A DNA stretch of 64,000 bases from Octopus vulgaris (GCA_951406725.2 OX597835.1:15500001-15564000), one strand, 5' to 3'; positions 1-13,441 are shown, counted from the stretch's first letter. Notes: generated from the sequence alone by a model not told the origin. Program-made: numbers and translations.

Positions 1-94
1 ATGGGTAGTCATGATGGGTATACTGGGCTTCGTATATTTTACCCCAGTGTCACTTTGATGGCATGCACTGCTCTCTCACTCAATAATAATAATT

Positions 95-365
95 TTAATA
101 ATGAACTTATTGTGTACAGTGCTCAGGTGCTCTACAAATTATCAGAGAAAGTAACCAAAACTGCATGAACAGTACATAGAATACACACAGGAAGTAAACA
201 GCGAATAAATCTTAAAAATAAAAAGATGAGGTGCGGGACATCAGGTGTACTGTTGGTGAATTTCAAGAAGCATGGAAGTTTTGAAGGATGTAGGGTTTCG
301 ACAGCTAACTACTGATGTGGGTAGTTTATTCCATGCTTCAGCAATTCTGCGTGTGTAAAAAAAAT
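95..365 (-). mobile_element. CR1-like LINE 3' fragment
   Basis: minus strand FF..RIAEAWNKLPTSVVSCRNPTSFK matches the CR1-group C-terminal WNxLP...FK motif. Confidence 0.6.
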
Positions 366-459
366 TTTTTTCCGTATTGAGTTGACATAATATATTTTAA
401 TGTGACCTCGTGTGTACCATTGGCGATTTTTTTTTTTTTCCCTCTGTCTTTCCTTCTAT

Positions 460-494
460 GTTTCTGACGAAGAGCTCTGCTCGAAACGTTAAAC
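460..494 (+). ncRNA. Minimal type I hammerhead ribozyme motif (Penelope-type)
   Basis: GTTT-CTGACGA-A-GAGC-tct-GCTC-GAAA-CG-TT-AAAC: canonical core, 4 bp stems I and II, palindromic ACGU stem III. Confidence 0.7.
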
Positions 495-604
495 CCTCCT
501 TCTTTCCTGAGCGTCCAATAATACTATATTTGTTCCACATCCTCGCGTTGTCGTGTTTTTTTGTGCTTTCTTGTTTGGATTAACAATAATATATTTTATT
601 ACAG

Positions 605-700
605 GTTGGTCAGAATTTGATTGGAATTGTTAAAACGGTTGTTGATTATGGTATATTTGTTGAATTTCCTGGAGGTCTTCTCAGTTTTGCAGTCACTAAG
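605..700 (+). CDS. PDCD11: RRP5/PDCD11 rRNA biogenesis protein, internal exon (first in window; gene starts upstream)
   Basis: acag|GTT...AAG|gtaag; VGQNLIGIVKTVVDYGIFVEFPGGLLSFAVTK is an S1-domain start; phase 0/0. Confidence 0.9.
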
Positions 701-946
701 GTAAGATGGCATCAATAATCACCATTTTACAGCTGCTTTTAATATCTTTGTGTGTGTGTGTGTGGATAATTTGGTCATTAAGGGGAACATTTGAAACACT
801 TTGCTTTCCAGCAGTGTTTAAAAGCAGGTTAATTTTTACTAAATTATGCCCACAGCAATGTGGCAGAATGGCAGAACATTTATCAGCTTCATGCTGGATT
901 GGATTCCTTCCTATCACTAATCATTCTCAGTCTTCAAATTTGTTAA

Positions 947-1243
947 TCTTTATATATAAAGCTGAAGTTATGTGTGTGAGAGTCTGTCTCCTCCGATTTA
1001 GATTCCTAACTACTCCCACATTTTGCGGTGCAGTTTAACCAAAAGCAGGTATCTTATAGCCGTGATTCATATCAAGCCCTTCTGGGTATTAGCGTGTGTC
1101 TACGAAGAGTCTACGATTTAAAAAAAAAATTTACCATCATTTCTTCGTTTTTTTAATGCATTTTTTGCTCGGTTTATATAAGGGAAGTAACTCTCTAAAA
1201 ATGCTTATATAGTTATTTCCCTTACAAACCCGAGTAACGCCGG
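947..1243 (+). mobile_element. Helitron copy truncated at its 3' hairpin, abutting a mariner-like MITE
   Basis: Same 5' end and body; runs into GGGGTGCTAAAAAGTTCCTGG at ~1243. Confidence 0.75.
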
Positions 1244-1461
1244 GGGTGCTAAAAAGTTCCTGGCTTTACGGGTATTGCAAAAGGCTTGGTTAGAGGCCCA
1301 ACCTTCCAAATTCTTTTACAGGGCTTAGAATTTCTAAGCTCTGTAAGGGCTGCTGCAATAAGTGTATGAACCTGAGAGGGGAATATGTTGAATGAAATAA
1401 TAATTAACTGATCCTCCTGGATTTTCTTTTACCCAAAAGCCAGAATCTTTTCAGCACCCCC
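1243..1461. mobile_element. Tc1/mariner-like MITE
   Basis: Imperfect TIRs GGGGTGCTAAAAAGTTCCTGGCTTT / AAAGCCAGAATCTTTTCAGCACCCC; related copy at 11460-11667. Confidence 0.6.
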
Positions 1462-2298
1462 TTGTATGTACCTTTCTTTATGCACCCTTGTATATAACAC
1501 CAGCCATTTTACAGAGTACCCTGGGTGCTTATTACATAGCACTGGCATAGGGAGTGAGGGGCATGGCCGTAAAGGACATGCCTGTATGTATATGGGTGAC
1601 CATGATTTTACTTAGCTTACATCAATATTCTTTTACTTGTTTTAGTCATTTTGACTGGGACCATGCTGGAGCACCGCCTTTTAGTCGAACATATCGACCC
1701 CTGGACTTAATCTTTGTAAGCCAGGTACTTATTCTATCGATGTTTTCTGCCGAACCAATAAATTACAGGGACGTAAACACACCAACATTGGTTGTCAAGT
1801 GATGGGGTGGGAGACAAACACAGACACATACGTATATACATATATATATACTCTTTTACTTGTTTCAGTCATTTGACTGCGGCCATGCTGGAGCACCGCC
1901 TTTAATCGAACAACTCGACCCCAGGGCTTATTCTTTTGCAAGCCCAGTACTTATTCTATCGGTTTCTTTTGCCGAACCGCTAAGTAACGGGGACATAAAC
2001 ATACCAGCATCGGTTGTCAAGCAATGCTAGGGGGACAAACACACACACACGCATGTATATATATATATATACGATGGCTTCTTTCAGTTTCCGTCTACCA
2101 AATCCACTCACAAGGCTTTGGTCGGCCCAAGGTTATAGTAGATAACACTTGCACAAGGTGCTGCACAGTGGGACTGAACCTGGAACCATGTGGTTGGGAT
2201 TACTTGTAGCTTTTCTTGAACAGTTTCATTTCATGTCTGTCTAATATCTTTTTTTGGGGGTTGAATCAAATAAATGGAGTTTTTGAATCCATTTTCAG

Positions 2299-2515
2299 GA
2301 GATAGCAGCAGGTCCAGACATGAATCTACACAAATATTTTAAAGAAGGCATGACCGTTTCCACTCATGTGTGTGAAATTAATCAGAAAAAGCGGCAATTC
2401 AGAGTCAGCTTGAAACTCAAGAAAACTGACATTGACTCGGATTTTCAGCTAACCTACTTTCGCAATTACTTTAAGGAAAAAAATATCATCATAGACCATC
2501 TAAAATCTACGAAAG
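2299..2515 (+). CDS. PDCD11: RRP5/PDCD11 exon 2 in window
   Basis: ttcag|GAG...AAAG|gtaag; EIAAGPDMNLHKYFKEGMTVSTHVCEINQKKRQFRVSLK completes the S1 domain; phase 0/1. Confidence 0.9.
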
Positions 2516-3245
2516 GTAAGTGTGGGTTTGGAGGGTTTTTTTTGTTTGTTTCTCTAGTTTGTATTTTATTATTAATTGATTAAGGTGGCGAGCTAGCAGA
2601 ATCGTTAGCACACCGGGCGAAATGCGTAGCCGTATTTCGTCTGCTGTTACATTCTGAGTTCAAATTCCGCCGAGGTCGACTTTGCCTTTCATCCTTTCGG
2701 GGTCGATAAATTAAGTACCAGTTACGCACTGGGGTCGATGTAATCGACTTAATCCGTTTGTCTGTCCTTGTTTGTCCTTTCTGTGTTTGGCCCCTTGTGG
2801 GTAGTAAAGAAATATGTATTTTATTAATTGATTGTGGTCTTCCGTAAGAATGTGAATCTGAGAATTATATGACTCCCTAAGAGGCAATTTGTGACCTCTA
2901 CTCTCTTTCTCCCTTTCTCCCCATATATATATATATCACCGTGATCACCGTGACCGACCAGGCTATCAGATGTTGCTACACATCGCTGGTCACAATGCGT
3001 TACGCATTGTTTTAGCCTTTAAATGATACCACCTCGCTGGCTAAGCGAGCAGGCCAACAGAAGAAAGAGTGAGAGAAAGTTGTGGTGAAAGAGTACAGCA
3101 GGGATCGCCACCATCCCCTGCCGGAGCCTCGTGGAGCATTTAGGTGTTTTCGCTCAATAAACACTCACAACGCCCGTTCTGGGAATCGAAACTGTGATCT
3201 TACGACGGCGAGTCCGCTGCCCTAACCACTGGGCTATTGCGCCTC

Positions 3246-3291
<46 letters not shown>

Positions 3292-4154
3292 ACTCACGTA
3301 TGAGGGTTCGTCAATTTCTTACCAAACAACCACACATGATTTGTTTATAGTGATCAAATGTTTGCGTTGATATAATCTCACTCCCTCCATCAGATCAACA
3401 TTACCTGTACAGGTGCAACAAGTCCCACATGTCAAATGTCAAAATGATTGCAGAGGAACGTGAAATGAAGTACTTTGCTCAAGAACACAATGCAAGGCCT
3501 GGTCTGGGAATCGAACACACGATCTCGCAATTGTGAGTGCGACGCCTTAACTGCTAACCACTATATATATATATACTCTTTTACTTGTTTCAGTCCTTTG
3601 ACTGCGGCCATGCTGGAGCACCGCCTTTAGTCGAGCAAATCGACCCTGGGACTTATTCTTTGTAAGCCCAGTACTTATTCTATCGGTCTCTTATGTCGAG
3701 CCGCTAAGTGACGGCAACGTAAACACACCAGCATCAGTTGTCAAGCAATGCTAGGGGGACAAACACAGACACACAAACATGCGCACACACACACATATAT
3801 ATATATGTATATACATATATACGACGGGCTTCTTTCAGTTTCCGTCTACCAAATCCACTCACAAGGCTTTGGTCAGCCTGAGGCTATTGTAGAAGACACT
3901 TGCCCAAGATGCTACGCAGTGGGACTGAACCCGGAACCATGTGGTTGGTAAGCAAGCTACTTACCACACAGCTACTCATCGGAGATGCTTTACCCGATGC
4001 AGAAAGTGCAGGAGCTCTTCAGAGGTTGTGCAAACTCTTCTCAATTCATTGTAATGCTGGAAACCCTTCTGTATTGTCGGCAGATATTGCAGGGTCACAA
4101 GCATTTTATCCCTCAACCTGTATGCTTTGTCTGAGTGGGGCATTGAGGATTGAA

Positions 4155-4320
4155 CTAGCATTCAGCTATGGTGGGATTCCATTTGTGGTCTCTTGTCAAC
4201 CATTGCCACCTTGAGCTTGTTTCAGCTGCCATGCCTATCTCTTTGATGGCATTCTTCAGTTATTTGGGGTTCCAGACCTATCTTCTTCAGGAAACCTCAT
4301 ATCTTCTGCCCACTAAACCT
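4155..4320 (-). mobile_element. Possible Hero/NeSL-like LINE C-terminal fragment
   Basis: minus strand FLKKIGL / LKNAIKEIGMAAETSSRWQWLTRDHKW* resembles the AIK...AAE..SRWLW end of Hero elements (from memory). Confidence 0.4.
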
Positions 4321-4675
4321 CATTTCTGACTTATGTTAAATTTCATGTGATTAAATAGATGGTACATGTCATATATTAGACCTGCCTTACCTGTGTCGGC
4401 ACGTAAAAGCAGATATTAAATTGATAGGCGCGGGCATGGCTGTGTGGTTAGGGAGCTTGCTTCCTAGCTACATGGTTTCAGGTTCAGTCCCACTGCGTGG
4501 CACTTTGGGTAGATGTCTTCTGCTATAGCCCCGAGCCGACCGAAGCTTTGTGATTGAATTCGGTAGGCGGAAGTTACTGCCGTGTGTGTATGTGTGCGTG
4601 TAGGTGCTCAGTGCCTCTCCGAAAGAGAGAGAGATGATGGCGCTAATAACATCTAATTTCTTTATTCCTACCTAG

Positions 4676-4810
4676 ATTTTCCTTGGTTGTTTGAAGATTT
4701 ACACACAGGAGACTTGTGTAATGTAACTGTTACCAAAGTGGTTAAAGAAGGTGTGCACTGTACACTGGAATCAGGCGCTAAAGGTTTCATTGCCACACAC
4801 CACAGAAAAG
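4676..4810 (+). CDS. PDCD11: RRP5/PDCD11 exon 3 in window
   Basis: cctag|AT...AAAG|gtaag; DFPWLFEDLHTGDLCNVTVTKVVKEGVHCTLESGAKGFIATHHRK (S1-like); phase 1/1. Confidence 0.88.
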
Positions 4811-5379
4811 GTAAGTTTAAGCCATATTTTTTACAGGAGTATTACTGGTATTTTTTGTTTCGTAAGTGTTTGACTGCAATGGTATTTGAGCTTTTACTTT
4901 TTACATCAGATCAGGATTTCAGTGACGAATGACCGAGACCTTTGCCAATATGCCATGCTTGAGTAGAAGACCCATCAGGCCAAGTGAAATTATAGTCGTG
5001 GCAGATACTGGTGTCATGCAACTGGCACCTGTGACGGTGGCATGTAAAAGCACCCATTACACTGTCAGTGTGGTTGGCATTAGGAAGGGCATCCAGCTGT
5101 ATAAACATTGCCAGATCAGACAAGTCAGGTGCAGTCCCTCATCCTACCAGCTCTTGTTAAATCATCTAACCCATGGACAACAGGCATTAGGTGATGATGA
5201 TCATGATGATATATATATACATAAGTTTGCTTGTCCCTCTAATTATTCAGCCTGTAATTTGTTTGAAAGTTCATTCATGAACCTGGCTGTCTACTTGGAT
5301 GTCTATCCATCCAGCCTGTCTATCTATAATTGCTCATCTGCATTATCGTGTGTCCATTTTAAGTTTGTCATCATGAAAA

Positions 5380-5807
5380 TCAAAATCTAAATTGATCAAC
5401 ATCAATGGAAATTGCAGCTGTGATACCAGTGCCGGTGGTACGTAAGAGAATCCATCCGAACGTGGCCATTGCCAGCGCTGCCTCGACTGGCCTCATGCCG
5501 GTGGCACATAAAAAGCACCATCCGATTGTGGCCGTTGCCAGCTTTGCCTGGCCCCTGTGCCGGTAGCACGTAAAAAGCACCATCCGATCGTGGCCGTTTG
5601 CCAGTCTCGTCTGGCACCTGTGCCGGTGGCATGTAAAAAGCACCCACTACACTCACGGAGTGGTTGGCGTTAGGAAGGGCATCCAGCCGTAGAAACACTG
5701 CCAGATCAGATTGGGCCTGGTGCAGCCTCCTGGCTTCCCAGACCCCAGTTGAACCGTCCAACCCATGCTAGCATGGAAAGCGGACGCTAAACGAAGATGA
5801 TGATGAT
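5380..5807 (+). mobile_element. (GAT)n-tailed SINE/RTE-tail family C, representative copy
   Basis: GGCGTTAGGAAGGGCATCCAGC...CCCATGCTAGCATGGAAAGCGGACG + (GAT)n; more than 15 copies on both strands; source of the recurrent LRLDALPNANH ORFs. Confidence 0.85.
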
Positions 5808-6070
5808 GAGATGATGTCTCAGATAGATTTCTTTCTCATCAAGAAACATTAATTATTCAGCTGATTACAAATGCCAAGTGTTTTCTCTATGAAGAATATA
5901 CCTCTCAACATAATCTAGTAAATTAGCAACCTCAGGAAATGAGCTTTAGTTTTACAGAAACAGTTACACAACCTTCTACTCGGCAGGCAAAAATGAGTTG
6001 TACCTGTAACTCAAGAGGCCAGCCTCGTCACATTCTGTGTCACGCTGATACTCCCTGAGGACTAGATTAA

Positions 6071-6554
6071 CCCTTTCATTACTGTATTTATTTTGAGATG
6101 CTCTGTGTTTCTTTCAATCATTTTAAATATAACAAAGGATTTTGTAAAATAACTTAGTCATCATTAAGCTAGTGTTTGGAACATAAATTGTGACTAAGGT
6201 TTGGTGGTATATTTTAATGCAAAACTTATGAAAGCAGGACATATTACCACAGAGCCAGAGCCAGTTTTGGCCGGGTTAGTAACAAAAGGGTTAAGGATAC
6301 ACGTGTCTGTGGACTGCTCAACCACTTGCACATTAACCCTTTCATTACTGAATTTATTTTGTGATGCTCTGTGTTTCTTTCAATTATTTTAAATATAACA
6401 AAGAATTTAATAAAATAACTTTGTTATCATTCAGCTAGTGTTAGGAACATAAATTGCAAATAAGGTTTGGAAGATTTTAATTAAAAACTTATGGAAACAA
6501 GACATGTATATTAAAGAGCCAGAGCCGGTTTCAGCCGGGTTGGTAACGAAAGGG
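6071..6554. mobile_element. Two piggyBac-type MITEs (6071-6290, 6337-6554) nested in one SINE
   Basis: TTAA-CCCTTT...AAAGGG-TTAA ends (the second has TCAA on the right). Confidence 0.75.
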
Positions 6555-6680
6555 TCAATCTCATGAGCAGGCTGTTCTGTTGATGGGATCAGCTGGAACC
6601 TTTCTTGTTGTAACCAACGATGTACATTCTTTACATTCTTTACGAAGCAGTCTCTCCTTATGGTTTTTGTTTTCTTGTAG

Positions 6681-6814
6681 GTCTCACTGTTAAAAAAAGC
6701 ATGACAGTCCCAGCTGTTATTCTGGATCTGGATCTCTTGCAAGGAATTGTCCAGCTGATTGCATCACCTGTAGTTGTCAAACAGGTGATGAAAATGCAGA
6801 AAAAACCAGAAAAG
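6681..6814 (+). CDS. PDCD11: RRP5/PDCD11 exon 4 in window
   Basis: tgtag|GT...AAG|gtgcag; GLTVKKSMTVPAVILDLDLLQGIVQLIASPVVVKQVMKMQKKPEK; the donor is weak and an alternative in-phase donor exists after 6784. Confidence 0.8.
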
Positions 6815-7759
6815 GTGCAGTAAATGACTTTCTTTTTATATGTGTGTTTTTTCTTTATTGTTCTCAGTATTTTTGTTATTATTATTATTATTATTATTAA
6901 GGTGGTGAGCTGGCAGAATTATTAGCATGTCTTTATATTCTGAGTTGAAATTCCGCGGAGGTTGACTTTACCTTTCAACGTTCCGGCATCGATGAAATAC
7001 CAGTTGAATACTGGGGTCAATGTAATCGACTTACCCCCTCCCCCAAAATTTCAGGCTTTGTACCGTTTGTAGAAAGGATTATTATTGTTAAGCACGCTGG
7101 GCAAAATGCTACTAAGCATTTTGTCTGTGTTTCTACTTTCTGAGTTCAAATACTGCCATGGTCGACTTTGCCTTTCATAAGTACCAGTAAAACACTGGGG
7201 TCAATATAATCAATGAGTCCCCCACAAGAAAAAAAAAATTCAGGCCTTGTGACTTTAGTAGAATGGGTGGTGGTTGTTGTTGTTGTTGTTGTTGATGATG
7301 ATGATGATGACGACAACGACGACGCCACTGCAGCAACAGCAGTAGTGAGCTGGCAGAATCGTTAGCATGTCGGATGAAATACTTAGCAGCATTTTGTCTG
7401 ACGCTGCGTTCTGAGTTCAAATTCCACCGAGGTCACCTTTACCCTTCATCTTTTTGGGGTCGATAAATTAAGTACCAGTTGAGTACTGGGGGTCAATGTA
7501 ATCAACTATCTCGCCCCCTTCCACAATTTCAGGCCTTGTGCCTATAGTAGAAAAGATTATTATCATTATTATTATTATTAACTAATTATGATAATAATTA
7601 TTTATGGCTGTGTGGTTAATAAGTTCACATTGCAACCACATGGTTTCAGGTTCAGTCCCACTGTGTGACACTTTGGGCAAATATCTTCTAGTACAGCCCC
7701 AGGCTGACTAATTCACTTGACACAAACCACGTACAAGCCCCATCATGTATGTGTGTCTG

Positions 7760-7796
<37 letters not shown>

Positions 7797-8143
7797 ATTT
7801 GTGTTTGTGCCTTCTCTACCACTTGACAACCAGTGTTGGTTTGTTCACATCCCTTTAACTTAGTGATTTGGCAAAAAGAGATTGATAGAATAAGTACTTG
7901 AGTTGATTTGTTTGACTAAACACTTGAAGGGTGGTGCCCCAGCATGGGCATAGTCAAATAACTGAAACAAGTGAAAGATAAAAGATAGAAAGATGTATGT
8001 GTGTGGGAGTGTGTTTGTCTCAACATCCCATTCCAATATTCAATTCCGTTATTCTACAAAACCAGGTAATGTGGTGGAGGTCTTAAAACCAATTCTTTTA
8101 ATTTAGTTTTAAACGTTAATATTTGAAATTTGTTTATTTTTAG

Positions 8144-8257
8144 ATTCCAAAGAATAAAAGACTCAGGTCACATGTGCTGCTGGTCCGAAAGGAGTTTGTT
8201 ATCGTTTTGTTAAAGATGAAAGGAAAGGCAAAATTAGCTTACCTGTCTCCTAAAATG
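8144..8257 (+). CDS. PDCD11: RRP5/PDCD11 exon 5 in window
   Basis: tttag|ATT...ATG|gtaat; IPKNKRLRSHVLLVRKEFVIVLLKMKGKAKLAYLSPKM; phase 0/0. Confidence 0.82.
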
Positions 8258-8627
8258 GTAATATATATATTAATATATATATATTTATTTAATTTTCATT
8301 CAAATTAATGTTTATTATCATCATCATCATCATCGTTTAACGTCCGCTTTCCATGCTGGCATGGGTTGGACGGTTCAACTGGGGTCTGGGAAGCCAGAAG
8401 GCTGCACCAGGCCCAGTCTGATCTGGCAGGGTTTCTACGGCTGGATGCCCTTCCTAACGCCAACCACTCCGTGAGTGTAGTGGGTGCTTTTTATGTGCCA
8501 GGCGAGGCTGGCAATGGCCACGATCGGATTGGTGCATTTTACGTGCCAGGCGAGGCTGGCAACGGCCACGATCGGATTGGTGCATTTTATGTGCCACCGG
8601 CATGGAAGCCAGTCGAGGCTCATTATC

Positions 8628-8660
<33 letters not shown>

Positions 8661-9248
8661 AAAAATTTTTTTTAAAGGCCGCAAGCTGGCAGAATCATTA
8701 GTGCACAGAGCAAAATGATCAGCGACATTTCATTAGTCTTTTATGTTCTGAGTTCAAATTCCACTGGGGTCAATAAAGTAAGTACCAGTTGGTACTTACT
8801 TTATCGAAAGGTGGCAAGCTGGCAGAAACGTTAGCACGCCGGGCGAAATGCTTAGCGGTATTTCATCTGCCATCAAGTTCTGAGTTCAAATTCCGCCAAG
8901 GTCGACTTTGCCTTTCATCCTTTCGGGGGGTCGATAAATTAAGTACCAGTTACACACTGGGGTCGATGTAATCGACTTAATACCTATGTCTGTCCTTGTT
9001 TGTCCCCTCTATGTTTAGCCCCTTGTGGGTAATAAAGAAATAGGTACTTACTTTATCGACTTACTAATCAAGTTACCCCCACCTGCAAAACTGCCATCTT
9101 TGTGCTAAAATTTGAAACCATCGTCGTCGTCGTCGTCGTTGTTGTTGTTGTTGTTGTTGTTGTTGTTGACGACGACATACGTGTTGGCTCGATTAAATAT
9201 ACACTTTTCCCAACAAATATCTCACCTTGCTTGTTATTTCCATTGCAG

Positions 9249-9316
9249 CACATGAACGATGTCTTCAATTGGGATTATTACAAAGTAGGTGACACACTGT
9301 TTGTCCAGTATGTTCG
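9249..9316 (+). CDS. PDCD11: RRP5/PDCD11 exon 6 in window
   Basis: tgcag|CAC...CG|gtaag; HMNDVFNWDYYKVGDTLFVQYV resembles the HLNDTF motif I recall from vertebrate RRP5; phase 0/2. Confidence 0.85.
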
Positions 9317-11332
9317 GTAAGTCAGAACTACTTTCTCTTCTCTTGTTTGGGTAATGATGGCTCAGTAATATATTGCTTTATGTTACAGAGATCAAATACC
9401 TCAGCCAAATAGCCACACTGTTGAAACATACGTGGGGAATAGAATATATAGAGCTGTGTTTGTCATAATTTCTCCTACATTTGCTCTGTATATCATAACT
9501 AGTAACAAAAATGCTTCCGTAAAGACGGTGAAAATATTGTCAATTTCCCCAAACAGGGACACAATTCAATTTTTAAACAATAACCAAAGCCCCTTCTCCG
9601 AAAGGGGGAGGGTTACGGTTTACAATTATTTAACAAATGCAACACAACAACGTTTCCCTGACGAGGAACCAACAAACGTGATTACAATAGTCAAACAGTG
9701 ATAATAATAACAACAAACCTTTTTAATTTATCCCCATTTATGTGAAACCACTTGTTCAAGTCATTGATGCAATTTTATACAAATTACTAATACACACACA
9801 CACACACGCATAATAAGGGTGAAAAATTTAATATTAATTTGATTAGTATGAATTGAAAACCAGTGGTGTAGCATATAAGACCATAGCGGATCTTCTTCTA
9901 GCAAAATGGATGACCACTTGTTAATGGTTCATCCCTGTTCTTTAATAGTTTCAGTATTAAAGTGAAAGTGTCTGCATTACAAAAGAGAGATATTTTTGTT
10001 TCACTTTTAACACGTAATACTGAAATAGTGAAGATACGATATTGCTGTGGGGTCACCTAGGGAAAATGTTACGATTTTTTTTTTGCCGATGACACTCCCT
10101 GGACCTTAAGTAAGGCATGTGTAAAATTTGAATGAAATTGGTTGTGTAGTTCTCAAGTTTTAGGGAAACACACAGACAGACACACATTCACAGTTTTATA
10201 TATATAGAGATATATAGACTCTCCCACAGGGAGCTTTTGCTGACTGACCTACACTAATGGTTTGTTTATAGTGATTAAATGTATGTGTCATACATTAGCT
10301 TACTCTCTCCATCAAATTGAAGTTGCCTGAACTGATACACATGTGTGCTACATGTCGTCAAATGATTGCAGTGAAACGTGAGATAAAGTTTTGTGCATAA
10401 GACCACCCGGTCGAACAAATGAAAGCGCAATCTCACAGTTGTGAGTGCAGCGCTTTAACCACAAGGCCATTCATCCTCACAAATATATATATATACATTC
10501 TGTAAAGTTGTTGGTATGAGGGGTAGAAACCATTCCAAAACCGACTACCAGACCTGGTGCAGTTCCTGGCCTTGCCAACTCCTGTTAAACCATCTGACCC
10601 ATGCCAGCATGGAAAACATGTTAAGTCTTTATGCATCTGAGGATTGCCCTGCATTTAAATTGATGTAATTATTGCATTGTTCAATTAAATGGAGTTGCTT
10701 GAAACGATCGTACCGCATTACCTCTGGATATCCTTGTTGCTTATTTTGATTATATATATTTCTTTACTGCCCACAAGGGGCTAAACATAGAGGGGACAAA
10801 CAAGGACAGACAAAGTGATTCAGTCGATTACATCGACCCCAGTGCGAAACTGGTAATTTATTTATCGACCCCGAAAGGATGAAAGGCAAAGTCGACCTAT
10901 GCATATGTAAATACAGTGCATTTAATTTTACTGAATCATAGTAAAGGAGGCATTGGAAAATTATTAACAAAAGAAAGAGGGCAATAGTTTGTTTCATTAA
11001 TTAGAGCTCTGCTCTAGTTAATGAGACTGAGGTTTACTCATTCTATAGGCCACAAACCACTGTGGTCTATGGTCCAGGTAACTACTGACTGATTTGTATT
11101 TAGTAGCTATGTGTTGGCTATAGCTTAATGGTTGATGTTCTTTAGTCACAGGCCAGCCTTATGACCAAAGATCTTTTGAAGCCTTTTTGTCTTTTTTTTT
11201 TCTTTTTCTGACTAAGTATATCTAAGACTACATTATCCAATATGTTTTTATTAAAAGATAAAATGACGTATTCAATGTTCAATTCATTCATTTATTATTT
11301 TTTTTTGTTTTCTATTCTTTCTGTTATTTTAG

Positions 11333-11419
11333 ACGTATCAATTGTAAAAATATTGTCAAACTGTATGAGCCAGTCACACAAATCGCACGGCTTACAAAAA
11401 GATTACAGGAAACTACTAG
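11333..11419 (+). CDS. PDCD11: RRP5/PDCD11 exon 7 in window
   Basis: long polypyrimidine tract, tttag|A...AG|gttagt; open in phase 2/2: RINCKNIVKLYEPVTQIARLTKRLQETT. Confidence 0.75.
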
Positions 11420-11459
11420 GTTAGTACCTTCTTTGTCCATTTGATATAGTTTTGACATA

Positions 11460-11667
11460 TACGAGGGTGTAATAAAAAGTTCCTGGCTTTGGGTATAGAA
11501 AATACTGGAGAATCAGTTAATGATGATTTTATTCAACACATTCCCCTCTCAGATTTACACACTTATTGCAGCAGCCCTTCAGTTTTTCTAAGACTCAGAA
11601 GGCTGGGCCTCAAACCAGGCCTTTCGCGACACCCTTAAAGCCAGGAACTTTCCAGCAACCCCACGTG
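11460..11667. mobile_element. Tc1/mariner-like MITE
   Basis: TACGAGGG start, TIR-like AAAGTTCCTGGCTTT / AAAGCCAGGAACTTT. Confidence 0.6.
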
Positions 11668-13441
11668 TGTGTGTGTGTATATATCATATATATTTCTTTA
11701 CTGCCCACAAGGGGCTAAACATATAGGGGACAAACAATAACAGACAAAGGGATTAAGTCGATTATATCGACCCCAGTGCGAAACTGGTACTTATTTATTG
11801 ACCCTGAAAGGATGAAAGGCAAAGTCGACCTCGGCGGAATTTGAACTCAGAACGTAACGACAGACGAATGGTGTCACCCTTCTGGAGTGGGGGGAAGGTC
11901 AATATCCCCCACCCCCAAACAGAATGCTGGTCTCTTGCAAGGTTCCCATTTACAGCTGGGTGGACAGGATAAAGGATCAAATGCCTTCCCTAGTCATAGA
12001 GTCACAGGGCCAGTTTCTGCCATCATCATCATCATTATGTAACATCCGTTTTCCATGCTGGCATGGGTTGGACGGTTTGACTGAAAAAATAAGGCGGCGA
12101 GCTGGCAGAAACGTTAGCACGCCGGGCGAAATGCTTAGCGGTATTTCGTCTGCATTATGTTGTGAGTTCAAATTCCGCCGAGGTCGACTTTGCCTTTCAT
12201 CCTTTCGGGGTCGATAAATTAAGTACCAGTTACGCACTGGGGTCGATGTAATCAACTTAATACCTATGTCTGTCCTTGTTTGTCCCCTCTGTGTTTAGCC
12301 CCTTGTGGGCAATAAAGAAATAGGTTTGACTGAAAACTGGTAAGCCGGGGAACTGCACCAGGTTCCGATCTGACTTGACAAGGTTTCTACAGCAGGATGC
12401 CCTTCCTAACACCAACCCCTTTTTTTATGTGCCACCAGCATGACACTGGCATCGACCGCAACTATGGTCTCACTTGACTTCACAGGTCTATACAAACACA
12501 GTATATTGCCAAAGGTCTCAGTCACCTGTCACTGCTTCCATGAGGCCCAACACTTGAACAGTGCTTATTACGTGCCACCCGCGTGTGACATTTTTATTAC
12601 CCCCTTGATGGGATGCCGGTCCCTTGCAGTAATACTCAACTTCTGCCAGCTGTAGCTACATCAAATAAAGTGTTTTGCTCAAGAACACAATATATTACTC
12701 AGTCTGGGAATTGAAACCACAATCTTGCAATCATAAGTGCAACACCCTACCTACTAGACCAGTGGTTTCCAACCTGGGATCTGCGGACCCTGATGGTCCG
12801 CAAAGGCAGTACTGGGGGTCCATGAACTAAATTCAAAATTTCATATATACATCAAAATCAAATGGTAATGGTAGTTGTGGATGATGCCAGTGCCGCCTGA
12901 CTGGCTCCCTCTGTTGGTGGCCCGTAAAAAGCACCATTTGAACGTGGTTTGTGCCAGCCCCCTTGCCCCAACAGGCTCCTGTGCCGGTGGCACATAAAAT
13001 GCACCATCTAAACGTGGTCGATGCCAGTGCCACCTTGACTGGCTCCCATGCCAGTGGCACATAAAAAGCACCATCCGAACGTGGTCAATGCCAGCCCCTC
13101 CTGGCCCCTGTGCTGGTGGCCCGTAAAAAGCACCATTTGAACGTGGTTTGTGCCAGCCCCCTTGCCCCAACAGGCTCCTGTGCCGGTGGCACATAAAATG
13201 CACCATCCGAACGTAGTCAATGCCAGCCTCTCCTGGTCCCTGTGCCGGTGGCACGTAAAAAGCTCCCACTACACTCTCGGAGTGGTTGGTGTTAGGAAGG
13301 GCATCCAGCTGGATAAGCACTGCCAGATCAGATTGGAGCCTGGCATGGCCTCCCGAGTTCCCAGACCCCAGTCGAACTGTCCAACCCATGCCAGCATGGA
13401 AAACAGACATTAAACGATGATGATATGGATAAGCATATTAA

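Noticed and set aside
5402-5761. Recurrent ORF family MDGSTGVWEARRLHQAQSDLA..LRLDALPNANH
   Set aside because: Antisense translation of SINE family C; copies have indels and no splice or codon support
9640-9680. CTGACGAG on + and GAAACGTT on - strand
   Set aside because: The two half-motifs are on opposite strands and do not assemble into one fold
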